Positions 40,708 through 52,776 are shown, counted from the stretch's first letter. The stretch: DNA of 64,000 nt from Selaginella moellendorffii (GCF_000143415.4 NW_003314277.1:1140652-1204651), one strand, 5' to 3'. A program made the numbers and translations. The notes: generated by a model from the letters alone, not told the origin.

Positions 40708-42978
40708 TCAAGATACCTGGACCTGACGAATGTTGGAATATTTAACGTACGCCGAGGGAGATTCTAGCGCTCTTCCCACAATCTTGGAGGCCATCTCTCG
40801 GTCTCCTTGCGTGTAGCATCCTCCAAGCAAGCTCTCCACCATCGCGCACGGAAGCAATTCCTCGCTTTTGCGAGAAGAGCTAGACTCCCCAATCTCTTGT
40901 GCGTGCTTGAGCATCCCAGCCCGTCCGAGAAGATCAACCATATGAACCAGATGACTCTGGGACGCCACCAAGCTGTGATCTTGCTCCATGCTGTAGAAAC
41001 AGTACGCTGCATGATCGATCAAGCCCGAGTGGCTGCAAGAGCTCAAGATACTGATGAAAGTCACTTGATTCGGCTCCACTCCTCGCTGCTGCATCCTCTG
41101 GAACAGTTCCATCGACTCGGAGCTCCGGCCGTGCTGGGCGTAAGCCGAGATCATGGCAGTCCACGAGACGATGTTCCTGGACTGCAAACTCATCCTGTCG
41201 AAAACTCTCCTGGCCTCGTCCAGGCTCCCACACTTCGCGTACATGTGTACAAGAGCGTTCGCCACCATTGTCTCCGACTCGAGCTCTTGGTTTGGCGACA
41301 CGAAATCCCGATGAGCGGCCTTGCACTGGCTGAGGCATGCCAGGTCCGCGTAGGCATCCAGCACCTGCGCGATTGTGATCTTGTCCGGATGATCCATCTT
41401 GGAGAAGATCTCCAGAGCGTCTTGGATGTGGCCTGATCTTGCATATCCCATGATCATGGAGCTCCACACCACTGCATCTCGTTTGTCTGTCGGTAGTCCT
41501 TCGAAAGCGCTCCTCGCAAGGCCGAGCCTCTGGGACTTGGAGTACGAGTTGATAAGTGCTGCTACCACGACTGGATCGGATCCAAGCCCCAAACTGGTCG
41601 CTCGATCATGAAGAAAGCTCGTTTGTAGCAATGCATGCTCGCAACTGGTAGCACACGCAGTTAAAACAGTCGCCAACGTGAACGTATCAGCCTTACCACC
41701 TTCCAGATCCATCTTTTTCAGCACGAACAGAGCTTCTTCAGGATGGCTGGTCTCGGCATAAGCCCATACCATGGCATTCCAGAGCACCAAGTCGAATCTA
41801 CAGAGTCGAAATCTCTCAAACACCTCCTCAGCTTCATTGATTCTCGCGTGACTTCCAAAGCATTTCACCAGTGCTGTAGCAACAACTAGATCGTCCCTGG
41901 TCGAAACATCTCCTCCAGTAGAACACAGATACTCCATGGCTCTCGAGCTGATCGTGTTTATCATGCCTGTGCTAAACCCAGACTTCGAAGAGCTCGACAA
42001 TCCCTGAAGGAGAGCAACCAACGTAAAGCTGCTTGCTCGGAAACCTTGCTGTTCCATCTCTCGGAAAACTTGAATTGCTTCCGTGATCTTTTGGTTCTGA
42101 GAGAGGCAGAGGATCATCGCAGTCCACATCCCCACGTCCTTGTTCCCTGAGAAATTCTCAAACACAGCCACTGCTTTCTCTGGATTTCCGCAGCGACCGT
42201 AGCAACGCACCAATGCAGTGGACATGGCAACGTCCCATTCGATCCCATCACTCACTGCACAAGCATGTATCTCTTCTCCATCGCCCAGATCGTCACAGCA
42301 TGAAAGAAGCGTCGTGTAGGTGACTTTGTCCGCTTGCAAAGGCATCCTCTCGTAAATTGCAAATGCCTCTTTGCATTGCCCGCACTGGGCATGAGCATCG
42401 ATCATCGCGTTCCAGGCCACCAGATCTTTCTGTCCAAGACTCTCAAAAACATTTCTAGCCATTCGGCCTTCCTGCAGTGATCCATACATCCTCAAAAGCT
42501 CTGTGGCAATCTGCAAATCCCTGCTAAGCCCACACTCCTCGAGGAGCGATCGAACAAGGTTGCCATGCTCCAGCGTCAAGCAAGACCTCACCAGTCTAAG
42601 GAACACCACCTTGTCCGGTTTCACTCCCTCCAAGCACATCTCCCCAAGAACCTTAAATCTCTCATCCGTGCTAGCATAGGCCGCGATCAAGAAGCCCCAA
42701 GAGAAGACGTTCTTGTCGGCGATGGCATCAAATGCTGTGCGCGCGTCGTGCGCGCTGCCGCATTTGCCATACATGTCCACGAGAAGATTACCGATCCTGG
42801 TAGGCGAATGTCGGCCATGGAATCGCAGCTGCGCGATCAGAGCGTGCAAGCGCTTGCCTGCTTCCAGGGCATTGGATCTGCCACATCTTGACACAAGAGC
42901 CCCAAACTCCTCTGCGTCGATGGCAATGCCCCTCCCCTCTTGCAGCGGAAGAAGCATTTTGGACTTAGAGTTGACCAT
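40708..42978 (-). CDS. PLS-class pentatricopeptide repeat protein (single exon, truncated E region, no DYW)
   Basis: 756 aa ORF from ATG 42978; NLLVDMYGKCGS, NALVHMYAKCGSLDEARRVFD, VSWTAMISAYAQHG, TFISILSSCSHSG, MVDLLGRAG. Confidence 0.92.
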   Translation of the reverse strand: MVNSKSKMLLPLQEGRGIAIDAEEFGALVSRCGRSNALEAGKRLHALIAQLRFHGRHSPTRIGNLLVDMYGKCGSAHDARTAFDAIADKNVFSWGFLIAAYASTDERFKVLGEMCLEGVKPDKVVFLRLVRSCLTLEHGNLVRSLLEECGLSRDLQIATELLRMYGSLQEGRMARNVFESLGQKDLVAWNAMIDAHAQCGQCKEAFAIYERMPLQADKVTYTTLLSCCDDLGDGEEIHACAVSDGIEWDVAMSTALVRCYGRCGNPEKAVAVFENFSGNKDVGMWTAMILCLSQNQKITEAIQVFREMEQQGFRASSFTLVALLQGLSSSSKSGFSTGMINTISSRAMEYLCSTGGDVSTRDDLVVATALVKCFGSHARINEAEEVFERFRLCRFDLVLWNAMVWAYAETSHPEEALFVLKKMDLEGGKADTFTLATVLTACATSCEHALLQTSFLHDRATSLGLGSDPVVVAALINSYSKSQRLGLARSAFEGLPTDKRDAVVWSSMIMGYARSGHIQDALEIFSKMDHPDKITIAQVLDAYADLACLSQCKAAHRDFVSPNQELESETMVANALVHMYAKCGSLDEARRVFDRMSLQSRNIVSWTAMISAYAQHGRSSESMELFQRMQQRGVEPNQVTFISILSSCSHSGLIDHAAYCFYSMEQDHSLVASQSHLVHMVDLLGRAGMLKHAQEIGESSSSRKSEELLPCAMVESLLGGCYTQGDREMASKIVGRALESPSAYVKYSNIRQVQVS

Positions 42979-43189
42979 TTGACTCTTGGAAAAGATCAAA
43001 GGTTTCAATTCTCATAGTGGTGGCAAGCAAAGCAAGCCAGTCGCCCAAGGATCCATAAGTTATCCACGTGGTGTCCCACGTGGCATTTAGTGCGTCTCTC
43101 CAGAGGCTGCTTAATTCGACCATCCACAAAAGTGGTTCCGAATCCTTGTCTACTAAGTGGCTCATCTTTTTATTAAGAATGTTTTTAAG

Positions 43190-44300
43190 ATTCATAGTCT
43201 TCTAAAGTCGATTGTTTCCGAGATCCTAAGCTTACAAGTAATTTTTGGACGAGTCTCTTTGAGATTCTGAGAATGGATTTGAGGTTTAGTTCTTCGCACC
43301 CAAAAACGGATGGCCAAACTGAAGAGATAAATAGGACTCTTGAAGATGCTATGCAGCTATGCGGGAGGTTGCCCTTTTGCATGAGAAGATTATCATATAC
43401 TGGGGCAGTAGAAAATAAGCAAGCTGTGTGAGCCGGTCAACGATCACAAGAACTGCATCATTCTTGCGTTGACTTCATGGTAATAAAATCCATTCTAAAG
43501 GATGTAGTAAACCAGTAGGGCATTGTGTATCAACGCTATTTACCACTTTTTTGTACCACTATATGGCAAATTAAACACCCTTGCACAAAAATAAGCATCC
43601 GTCTACCCTTTCATAAATTTTAGGAAAACCAGGGTGAGTGACATATAGCTTCTCATGAGCTTCACGTAAATGTATAGTCCTGATTTCCTTCTAAAACTTT
43701 CATAAATAGGCTTAAAATAAAAATCAGTCATATGCTTATGTGGAAAAGTGAGAACCACTGAAATAGCGTTAATGTGTGCCCTCCAACTTAGTGCATCAGC
43801 CACTAAATTCTTATTGGCAAGAATATGAATGATCTTAAAATGAAAATTAGTGAGAAAGGCCAACCAGCAAGCCTGTCACTTATCCATAATTGGTTGAGTG
43901 AGGTAATGTTGTAACACATGATGATCAGTATGCACTTCAAAATCCACCCCCCAGAGAATGTGTTTCCACTTTTGCAAAGCATAAATCATGGCAATAAATT
44001 CTTTATCATAAACTGAGTAATGAGATTCAACACTTGAAAATTTATGGCTTTCAAAAACAATTATATGATTGTCTTGCAAGAGCACAGCACTGATTCTACC
44101 ATCACTTGCATCTGTCATCACTATGAATGACTTTGCAAGATTTGGAAGAACAAGAACAAGAGCTATATCTGCCACCATGACGTCCAATGGTTCCTTAGTC
44201 ATCAAGCCCAGCCACTGCAGCATTGCTCTTGAGATGAAGTTGTGAGAACACTCACTATCAATGCCGCCAATTCCTGACTGACTTATGGCATGCAATTTGT
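43190..44300. mobile_element. Rearranged Gypsy pol fragments (integrase core on +, RNase H and protease on -)
   Basis: +: FWTSLF..SSSHPKTDGQTEEINRTLE; -: IDSECSHNFIS, FIVMTDASD..AVLLQ..YSVYDKEF..VHTDH, NLVADALS. Confidence 0.85.
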
Positions 44301-44517
44301 AAAAAATGTAACTTTGATGTAAATTTCATGTCCATGTGTCAAATATTTATTGGATAAACTTCTCACATGAGCATCATGACTAATCCATGACACACAACTT
44401 CTAAATGATGGGTCACACATGGCTCAGGAATGGCTTGGTGTGCTTGCTATAGGCAAGCTCAAAACATCATGCACAAGTGATCAGAGCAGCCTCAGGTTGG
44501 GAGGAGAACTTGCAACA

Positions 44518-45256
44518 CTCTTTTTTCAATTTTTTGCAGTTAAGAGCTTTATGAGAAGTTGAGAAGATTTTAAAAGAATATTTGAATATTCTAAAAGAAT
44601 CTGCGCGAAGAGATCCAGTGGAGCACGGCTAAGTAGAGCGAGGGTCACACAGAGGATGTGAGTGAGGTGTCACGTGGAGTAAATCTGGCTTGCAAGCAAT
44701 CAGAGAATACACACTATCTGCCCACATTGTGGACAGAAGTGGCTACACATCTTACTTGATGTATTGGCAGAGTTGCTTATGAACTAATAGCAATTTCTTT
44801 CTCCATTGTAGTTCCAGAAGTGTTGACTTGGGATTTGTGTAGTAGTTGTCATCAAAATGACAACTATTACAAGCACACACAAGTTAATCCTAAATCAACA
44901 CTTCTGAAACTACAATGGAGAAATAAATTGCTCTTGGTTCATAAGAAACTCTGCCAATACATCAGCTAAGAGGCATAGTCATGCCTATCCACAATGCAGT
45001 GCGTATTCTCTGATTGCTCGCAAGCCAAACCTGCTCAGGACACCTCACTCACAGCCACCCCATAACCATGTCTGCTCCTTTGCACATCCTCAAGCTCTGG
45101 CTCTGCACTCCACTCGTGCTCCGTCTCTTCCACTGCCCTAACCAACTTTTTCCCACCTTCCAGATCAGATTCTTTTGGAATATTCGGACATTCTTTTGGA
45201 ATCTTCTCAACTTCTACTTATTTTAAGCTCTTAACTGCAAAAAATTGAACAAAGAG
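44518..45256. repeat. ~740 bp foldback inverted repeat with a 4 nt loop
   Basis: tagtagttgtcat-CAAA-atgacaactatta centre (loop 44853-44856); inner arms ~90% complementary; outer arms ttcaattttttgcagttaagagc / gctcttaactgcaaaaaattgaa. Confidence 0.9.
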
Positions 45257-45815
45257 ACAATTTCTACACCATGTGAAAAATTCCAAGGTTCATGCTAAAT
45301 GTGTAAGCTGAGCTTTACAGCCGTCTCCTTCGAGCTTGAGACGAATAATCCTCCACCATATGAAGTTGAGTACATGCAGCCAAGCATAATGGACAATGCA
45401 TGGGGATGTCTACGACAAGAGCCATCAGATCTTTTGGCGTAGCATCCAATACGAAGTCAATAGTCCTTGCGTTCAAATGTCCTCGCCGCCCACCAGTCTC
45501 TCTTGGACAGTCCCTTCATAGTCTATGCAACAAGAAATTACGGAGAAACTACAAAGGTTGCAAACTTTGAGTCAAAATAAGGGGGGCTAAGTTAACATCT
45601 CCAAACCGATCAAACCAAGAAAAGCCACCTCTCAAAAACTCTAATTGCAGGTGGATTTCTTCCTCAACACGGCTAATGGGAATGCTACAATCGAAGCTGC
45701 AAGAGCTTTTATTCCTGCAAATGCCACAGTTTTCCTTCAAACTCCAGGTTTATTACAGAAAATCTTTATTCCTGCAAATGCCGTGGTGAATTCATATTAC
45801 AGCAGTGTTGTGTGA

Positions 45816-46115
45816 TCACATCCTAATGCAGCGGCTTCCACCACCACTCCAGCTCAAACCAGGAGGGCAGCGATGGCAGCCATTTCTATACCAGTACCAG
45901 CTGCTTGGGCAACTCACGCATTTGCTTCCACTCCACTTCCATCCGGAGAGGCATTGGTGGCAACCGTTGCCATACCAGTACCAGTCTTTCGGGCACTGGA
46001 TACACTTCTCACCATCCCAGTTCCATCCGGATTTGCATCGCTGCTGGGCGTCCACTCCCACTAGGAGGAGTGTCACAAACATCGCCAAGAGTATCAGCTG
46101 GGACTTGCTTGCCAT
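45816..46115 (-). CDS. Small secreted Cys/Trp-rich repeat protein, copy A (5 repeats)
   Basis: Intact 99 aa ORF; signal peptide MASKSQLILLAMFVTLLLVGVDA; 14-aa CxxxWxWxxxxCxx repeats; TATA ~100 bp upstream; two paralogues in the window. Confidence 0.88.
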   Translation of the reverse strand: MASKSQLILLAMFVTLLLVGVDAQQRCKSGWNWDGEKCIQCPKDWYWYGNGCHQCLSGWKWSGSKCVSCPSSWYWYRNGCHRCPPGLSWSGGGSRCIRM

Positions 46116-47822
46116 GATGATTGATCTCAGAATTGTGATATCAGATTATAAACTATGATCTAGATCTCTCCAACTTCTTTAGCTTCTTAAAGATCAGGGT
46201 GTGGTTTGGGGAATTTATAGCACCGAGATGTTGGAAGGGACGAAGTCTAAATAATCGTCTTCACTCGGCTTTGACTTCTTACCACGTACACTTTGTTGCT
46301 CTTGATATAGTCAAGAACTAGTACGTGTGTAAACGGCCTGTGGAATCTTCAGACGCCATGCAGGTTGGAAGCTGCTGTTGGAAACTTTCTTACTATATTA
46401 TAATAAGGATATGAAGTTGGAATGGTCAAATAGTTCCAAGAACTGTGATATTGGGCCTCTAACTCCCCTCCATGCTCCACCATCTCTTACGCATGTTTAT
46501 AATCATCCACACAAAGATTCTACCAGCCAGCTCGCCAAAGAAGGTGGCGAGCTTTTTCTTGCACATAGATTTTGCTAGGCTGTTCTAAGTTGAAGACTTC
46601 ATCAAGACCTCTCAATGGGATCACTATGTTCCTATATTTGATTGCAAACAAGAAGATGGCGAGCCTCTTCTATTGGCTATTTTTATTGGGTGTCAATGCC
46701 TGATTGCAAGCCAATTTTTTTTTCACCAAGTTTGAGATTCTTGTGTTATAATGATGCCCACCATCTTAGACTTTTCATTTTTTTTCATGTTTTGCCACAT
46801 TCCCCTCATTTTAGATTCCTTTAGGTTCTGATCTCTTACTACAATCTCCTAGATAGATAATCTAAAAATATTTTTGAAGCTGACTATATAATGTTCATTT
46901 GATAAAATATAATAAAATTAAAATAAAAAAGTTTATCTTGAGTATTTTATCCTTTTCTATTTTTATTAATTTGTCATTTTGTAATTTAGATATATTGTAT
47001 ACATAACACTTAATTTTCTTGTAAACTTAAAATTTTATTATGAAATTTTCTTAATTTTTTATATTTTGTTACTCCTGATAATTATACTTTAGAGTATAGA
47101 GGAAAAAACACACTTATACAAAATGAAATTGTAATTATTATAATTCAGCTTTCACAAAAACTTAGAAATATACTATCTAGTAAAACTCCAAGAGATCAAT
47201 AAGCAGTTGTAATGGAGTATGAAAATAATAATATAAAACAAAAAAATTATTACATTAACATTATTTAATATTAATATTAATTATTTTATCCTTAATCAAG
47301 AAATTATGAAGATAGAGATAATATAAGAATTACTCTTAATAATGTTTTAAATCGAACTAGAAGAAAAATTAGAATATTAAGTGCTTTTTACAGTAGTAAT
47401 TGGCTTATAGAGTTTTGAATATATGGCATTTAATTATAATTTTACTTTCCATATAAATGAGGTATGACAAAATGCTGAGAAATGCTACTTTGGATGAAAT
47501 CAAGAGGCAGCTAAACTTACCCGGATTTTTTATGTAATCCGCTCCTAATTACAAACCATGCCTTTCTTAAAAATTACTTGTCATAGTGCTGTGTCCATCC
47601 GGATTTGGAGCGGATTCAATTCCCATAAGTGGATAAGTGGGACACTTTTTGTTGCACTTGGACATGGATAATCTCAAAACAAAAGCATACATATCATTAG
47701 GAAATGAGAAACTTCAAACGCCATGCAAGTTGGAAGCTGCGGTTAGATCTTGCTTATATTATGAAGTTGGAATTTAGACATGTTTAGCTTGTTAGTGAAA
47801 ATTGTTAGTGAAAATTATAAGT

Positions 47823-49033
47823 TTAGACTTCCAAGAACAGCCATTCTTCCCCATCCACAAACGCAATACTGCTGTAGTCCTGAGCCTCTTCTTCGCTCAA
47901 GTGTTTCACCCAATTGGCAAGCTTCGTGGGGACAGCCCCTGGACCCTGACTATCGTACTCAGCAAACAAAACGTTCCTGGAAATCACACAAAAAAACGAT
48001 TACATGCCTACTTCGAGCCAATATCTAGATTCATACCCATTGCCATTGTTGTATGGCCATCTGTCCCAGTTGTTTGGAGTTACAACTTCGTCAAAATAGC
48101 TACTGATAAGCACAACGCGGGCAAAATCTTTCCAAGGGTGGCCGAAAGACAGTTGCCCAGTTCCTCCAAAGTAGCTGTTGACGAACGAGTAACCCCATGA
48201 TCCCTCTGGCTTAGACTGAAGAGTAATCCCTCCAGTGTTGTTCCTCGAGTTGGAGACGATATTACACTCCTGTGCACTCAAAGAATTGATCATATAAGCG
48301 TCACGGACGAAACAATTCTTCTTCAGTTTCATATTTACCTGGAATAATGACCTTCCTTGTCCAGTGATGAAGTTTATACTGCCTTGGATGAAGGTCCTCT
48401 TGTAAAAATGCCTGCCGCGGTCTTCAGAGAGCGTATGCTGGCTCGAAGTGATGAAACAGTCGTAAAACGCCGCAAAGTCACCCGATACTTGCACGGCTAC
48501 GGTGTTGCTTTGTTGTTCTCCTACGGCTCCAGCATAAACAAATGGCGCATCGTTCTAAACTTCATATTAATAAAAGTTGAAGAGACAAGAACTTGGAAGT
48601 ACCTTGAATGTGATGAACTGCGCAACAAAGTATTTTGCCTGAACTGAGAGTGTGGGCTCGTTTCCAGCGGACACAACAATCGTCGCAAACTTGTCATCAA
48701 AGTCGCCCAAGAGCGTGATGAAATCCTTGCTTGCTGGAATCGTGACTCTCTCGCTGCAAGAGAACACAAGCATTAATGATAGTAATGCTATAGTGATTAC
48801 CGATAAACTCCGCTGGCGACATGGATTATGTAGCGCCGCTTGTTCTCCAGTGGAACAGCATCGATGGCGGCCTGGATCGTCTTGAAATCGCTGCTCGGCC
48901 CAACATAAACGTCGATCTTTCTCTCATTCGCATTGACAAGAGCGGGGTGAAGATCATCTTCAGCATGACCTTTGCATAGATTATGCTGAGACAAAAGAAC
49001 CAATAAGCCCAACAGGAAAATCACCCTCAACAT
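47823..49033 (-). CDS. Pectinesterase (PME, CE8) homologue, 5 exons, catalytic residues substituted
   Basis: Signal peptide; DFKTIQAAIDAVP, GVYRE, AEYDSQGPGA and FVDGEEWL; intact GT-AG structure; QHTL, NFITG and GHPW in place of QDTL, DFIFG and GRPW. Confidence 0.9.
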
Positions 49034-49392
49034 TGCAACGATCTCCAAGATTAAAAATGGGAGGAAACTTCCTCTTTAAACGCTCTTGGGAGAGTTGAAT
49101 ATGGTTTATGCGCATGTTAATTTTATTAATAAAAACGCAAAAATAAATCTAATAATAAAAATAATTAATTTTGGATTGCGTTAATGTACGGTTGGTGGCG
49201 TCCGTACGGCCTTGGCCCCATGGCATGATGAAAAAACCCTAAAGTGCGAGGTATGATTTTGTGTGGACTGGAAGAGTCCTACTCGAATTCCTTTGTCTCT
49301 CTTCTACGGCGGGGAGGCCATTCTTGTCGGCGCGGGCGATCGATCGATCTATTCTTCTTCTTTCCTCGATCGGGCGATCGATCGTTCGGGCT

Positions 49393-51122
49393 ATGGGGGC
49401 ATTGCCGATCGCGGAGTTTGTGAGCAGCGCCAGCAGCGCCAGCGATTCCGATAGGTCAGCAGCCAGCGACGAGGATTGTCTCGTGGACGACGGCGACGGC
49501 GATCTGGTAGCCGATTCGCGGCTGGTGAGCTCGGTGCGCGCGCTGCTCCAGGGGCTGGGCGAGGATCTCTCGCGCAATGGACTGATCAAGACGCCGTCCA
49601 GGGTCGCCAATGCCTTCCTCTCTGCCACTAAAGGTTAGCATTTCTCTTCCAAGGCGAGATATCGATCGCGTAGCGCTTGCATCACAGTCCCTTCCTTTCT
49701 TTCTCTTGAGTGATTGGTTCTTTGCGTCGGTCTTCTCGTGCTAGATGACAAAGCTTTTCTTTTTTAAATCTCGCGAGCCGAGACTTTCGTATAGAACTCT
49801 TTTTTCCATGTCGGATGGAGTTCTAAGTTTTCAAGCTTAGAAATCTTCTTTCTTTCTAGAGCTTGGAGAGAGTTCTAAGCTCTGTTGGACAGGCTTCTAC
49901 GTTTCAAGCTTTCTTCTAAACTTCTTCTCTTACTTGGACCATAGGCTATGGACTCTCGGCGGAGCAAACCATCGGTGGAGCTCTCTTTGCAGAAGCGGGC
50001 CCTGGAAACGGCAAAGGTGGCGGCTGCGGAGGAATGGTGGTGGTCCGAAACATCGAGCTCTTCTCCACCTGCGAGTCCTGCCTCTTACCATTCAAGCTCT
50101 GCTGTCACATCGCTTACATTCCCTCCGAGCAGCGCGTCGTCGGCCTCAGCAAGCTCCCCCGCGTCGCGGAGATCTTCGCAGCTCGGCTCCAAAGCCCGGA
50201 TCGTCTCGCCAACGAGATCGGCGGAGCTCTCTGGGACGGATTCAAGCCTCTCGGGGTGGCCGTGGTTGGAGAGACTTGGCATCTCGAGTGTCCCCGAGAG
50301 CTTCGAAGCAGCAGGGAGCCGGCTTCCTGGATTCGACGATCGGTCTGCGCCAGGAAAGGCAGCTTCGAGGACGACGATCGTGGCTCGGAAGACTGGCAAG
50401 AGTTCGTTGCCATGCTCCAGCTGAGTGGAAGTTCGCAGCTCTCGGTGACGAAGAAGCCGGCGATCTGTCCACTACTAGCCGGTGACGCCGCCGCTGAGAG
50501 ATCCTCCTCTTCGCACCCCAACTTTGAGACGATGGTCGAGGCGGTGGTGACGCTGCTGCGAGCTCTTGGCGAAGATCCAACGCGGGAGGAGCTCAAGCTC
50601 ACGCCCTCTCGCTACGTTCGCTGGCTGCTAGCATCGACGCACGGGAGCCGGCTCTCTAGAGACTTGATACTAGGGAATGGAGTAGCAGCAGTAGAACAGG
50701 ATGGCGATCACCACGCGACGATGGTAGCTGTGCTGGATCTTCCATTCTGTTCCCAGTGCGAGCACCACCTTCTTCCATTCTCTGGGGTGGCTCACGTCGG
50801 AGTTCTTCCAGCGAAAAACCACCCGAGCTCTCATCCCAGAGCTAGTCGGGCCATCCTCGAGAAGATTGTCAAGCTGTACAGCTGCCGGCTCCAAGTCCAG
50901 GAGAGATTGACGAGGCAAATCGCCGACGCTGTGATGAGCTCCACTGCTGCTAGCGGCGTCATGGTCGTCGTCGAGGCTGGGCACGTCTGTATGATCTCTC
51001 GAGGAGTGAAGAAAACCGGCAGCACTACAGGAACGCTGGCGACAATGGGCGATTTTGCCGTCCATGGCAAGAAGAGAGCGGAGTTCTTACAGATGATCGC
51101 TACTGCAAACTCTTCCAAGTAA
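49393..51122 (+). CDS. GCH1: GTP cyclohydrolase I, plant two-domain type (exons 49393-49633, 49945-51122)
   Basis: GLGEDLSRNGLIKTPSRVA; FSTCESCLLPF; LGEDPTREELKLTP; CEHHLLPF; VQERLT; HVCMISRGV. Confidence 0.95.
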
Positions 51123-51274
51123 AGAGGGAGAGACAGAGATCTGCGAGTAAAGAGTTGAATTTACCGAGCAAAGGAATTTTTTTAACGAAGAACAGACTTA
51201 CGTACTTCTTAGGACGTCTTTACACTTACAAAATTACGATGCCACTGCCGCTGGAGCTCGCCAGGAACTCTTCT

Positions 51275-52562
51275 TCACGCAGTGGTCAAGTATCTCTTCA
51301 CGGCGGCCTTTTGCTCTGGAGTGAGTCGCGTGGGAAACTTGACGTCGAATTTGATCTTGAGGTCTCCTTTCCTGCCTGGCTCCTTGGCGATCGGCATGCC
51401 TTCCCGTGGAACAATCTTCTCGTAGCCGGGAGAGATGATGTCGTTGATGGGAATCGTGAGCGTTCTTCCGTCGAGAGTGTTCACTGTGATCGTCGTTCCT
51501 GTTAGAGCGTCGGCCAGGGACACCTTCTGTGTCATCACCAAGTCGTTGCCGTCGCGCTTGAAAACGTCGTGTGGCTTCTCGTCGATCACGAAGACGATGT
51601 CCGCCGGTATCAAGTTTGGCTGCTCGTTTCCCTTCTCTGGAAAAGTGATCTTGGTGCCTTTCTTCCACCCCGGCTTCACGTCGATAGTAAGAAACTCCTC
51701 CACAGGCATTGTCTTCCTGTAAAGAAACAAGAAGCTCTCACGTTAGAATCCTCCATAAGAGCGTTCTAGGCAAAGTTCTAACGAAGTTCTAGCAAAGTTC
51801 TAGCGAAGTTCTAGCAAGGTTCTAGCAAGGTTTAGCAAAGTTCTAAGGAAGTTCTAGCGAAGTTCTAGCAAGGTTCTAACTTTCCAAAGAAACTTACCCG
51901 CTGGGATCGGCGATGTTGCGAGAGATCTTCATCTTCCTGGTGGAGCCAGTGTAGAGCTCCTCGAGACTGCACGGGAGCTTGTTCTCCACCGCCGGAGCCT
52001 TCCTCGGACCGGTCGACAGAGATCCACCATCCTGGCCGAAGGATCTGAAAACGTTCTCGGTTCCACCAAAGCCCCCAAACATTCCATCGCCAAAGGGCGA
52101 CCGGCTAGCGCTCCTCCCAAAACCTCCCATCCCAAACGGGCTGGATCCACCGAAGAACTCGGCAAAGATGTCCTCGGCGTTCCTAGGATTGAACACGAAC
52201 ACGTTGGGTCCCGCGCCATTCGCGAAATTCGTCCCTCCCGTGGCGCCGGGAGGAGGAACTTGGCCCTTGAGACCCTCCTCGCCATACTGGTCATAGATCG
52301 TCCTCTTTTGGGGATCGCTCAGCACCTGCGAATCACAGAAATCGATCGATCAGCCACAGCCGATCGAGAAGAGAGAAAAAAGAGGGATCGATCATACCTC
52401 ATACGCTTCCGAGATTTGCTTGAATTTGGCCTCGGCCTCCTTCTTGTTGTTGGGATTCTTATCGGGATGCCACTTCATGGCGAGCTTGCGGTAGGCCTTC
52501 TTGAGATCATCCTCGGTGGCATTCTTGTCCACCTTGAGCACGCTGTAGTAATCTATCCCCAT
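51275..52562 (-). CDS. Type II DnaJ/Hsp40 (DNAJB4-like), 3 exons
   Basis: J-domain with WHPDKNP; G/F-rich linker; CSLEELYTG; [13 protein letters not shown]; [13 protein letters not shown]. Confidence 0.95.
51763..51880. repeat. Intronic minisatellite of ~12-13 bp AAGTTCTAGC units
   Basis: About nine degenerate copies within DnaJ intron 2. Confidence 0.85.
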
Positions 52563-52700
52563 CGATTCCTCGCTAGCAAGGATTTTCCCCCTTTCTCGAT
52601 CCTAGAAGCTCGAATCTCGCTACACTACTCTCGCGAATCCGGAAATTTCACAGCGCAGTCGATCGACCGATCGGCTCAAAACCCTGATAGCTTTAGCTCC

Positions 52701-52776
52701 AGAATCTTCTGGAAAATACCATGACGTGGAACTTAGGCCCAAATATAAGCCGCCACGTCAGCCGGGATGCCACGTC
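52701..52776. promoter_or_regulatory. Heat-shock element plus three TGACGTGG/CCACGTC bZIP motifs in the divergent DnaJ/RibBA promoter
   Basis: aGAAtcTTCtgGAAa at 52701-52715 (perfect 3-unit HSE); TGACGTGG 52722-52729; GCCACGTCA 52752-52760; GCCACGTC 52769-52776. Confidence 0.7.

Noticed and set aside
34555-46115. P450 plus Trp/Tyr repeat peptide as a defined RiPP gene cluster
   Set aside because: Separated by 10 kb of unrelated sequence, no BURP or protease gene nearby, and paired Cys favour a disulfide-folded protein; kept only as speculation
51763-51880. Short regular repeats, and the 42/84 bp peptide repeats, as a possible CRISPR-like array
   Set aside because: Eukaryotic context with no unique spacers; an intronic minisatellite and coding repeats respectively
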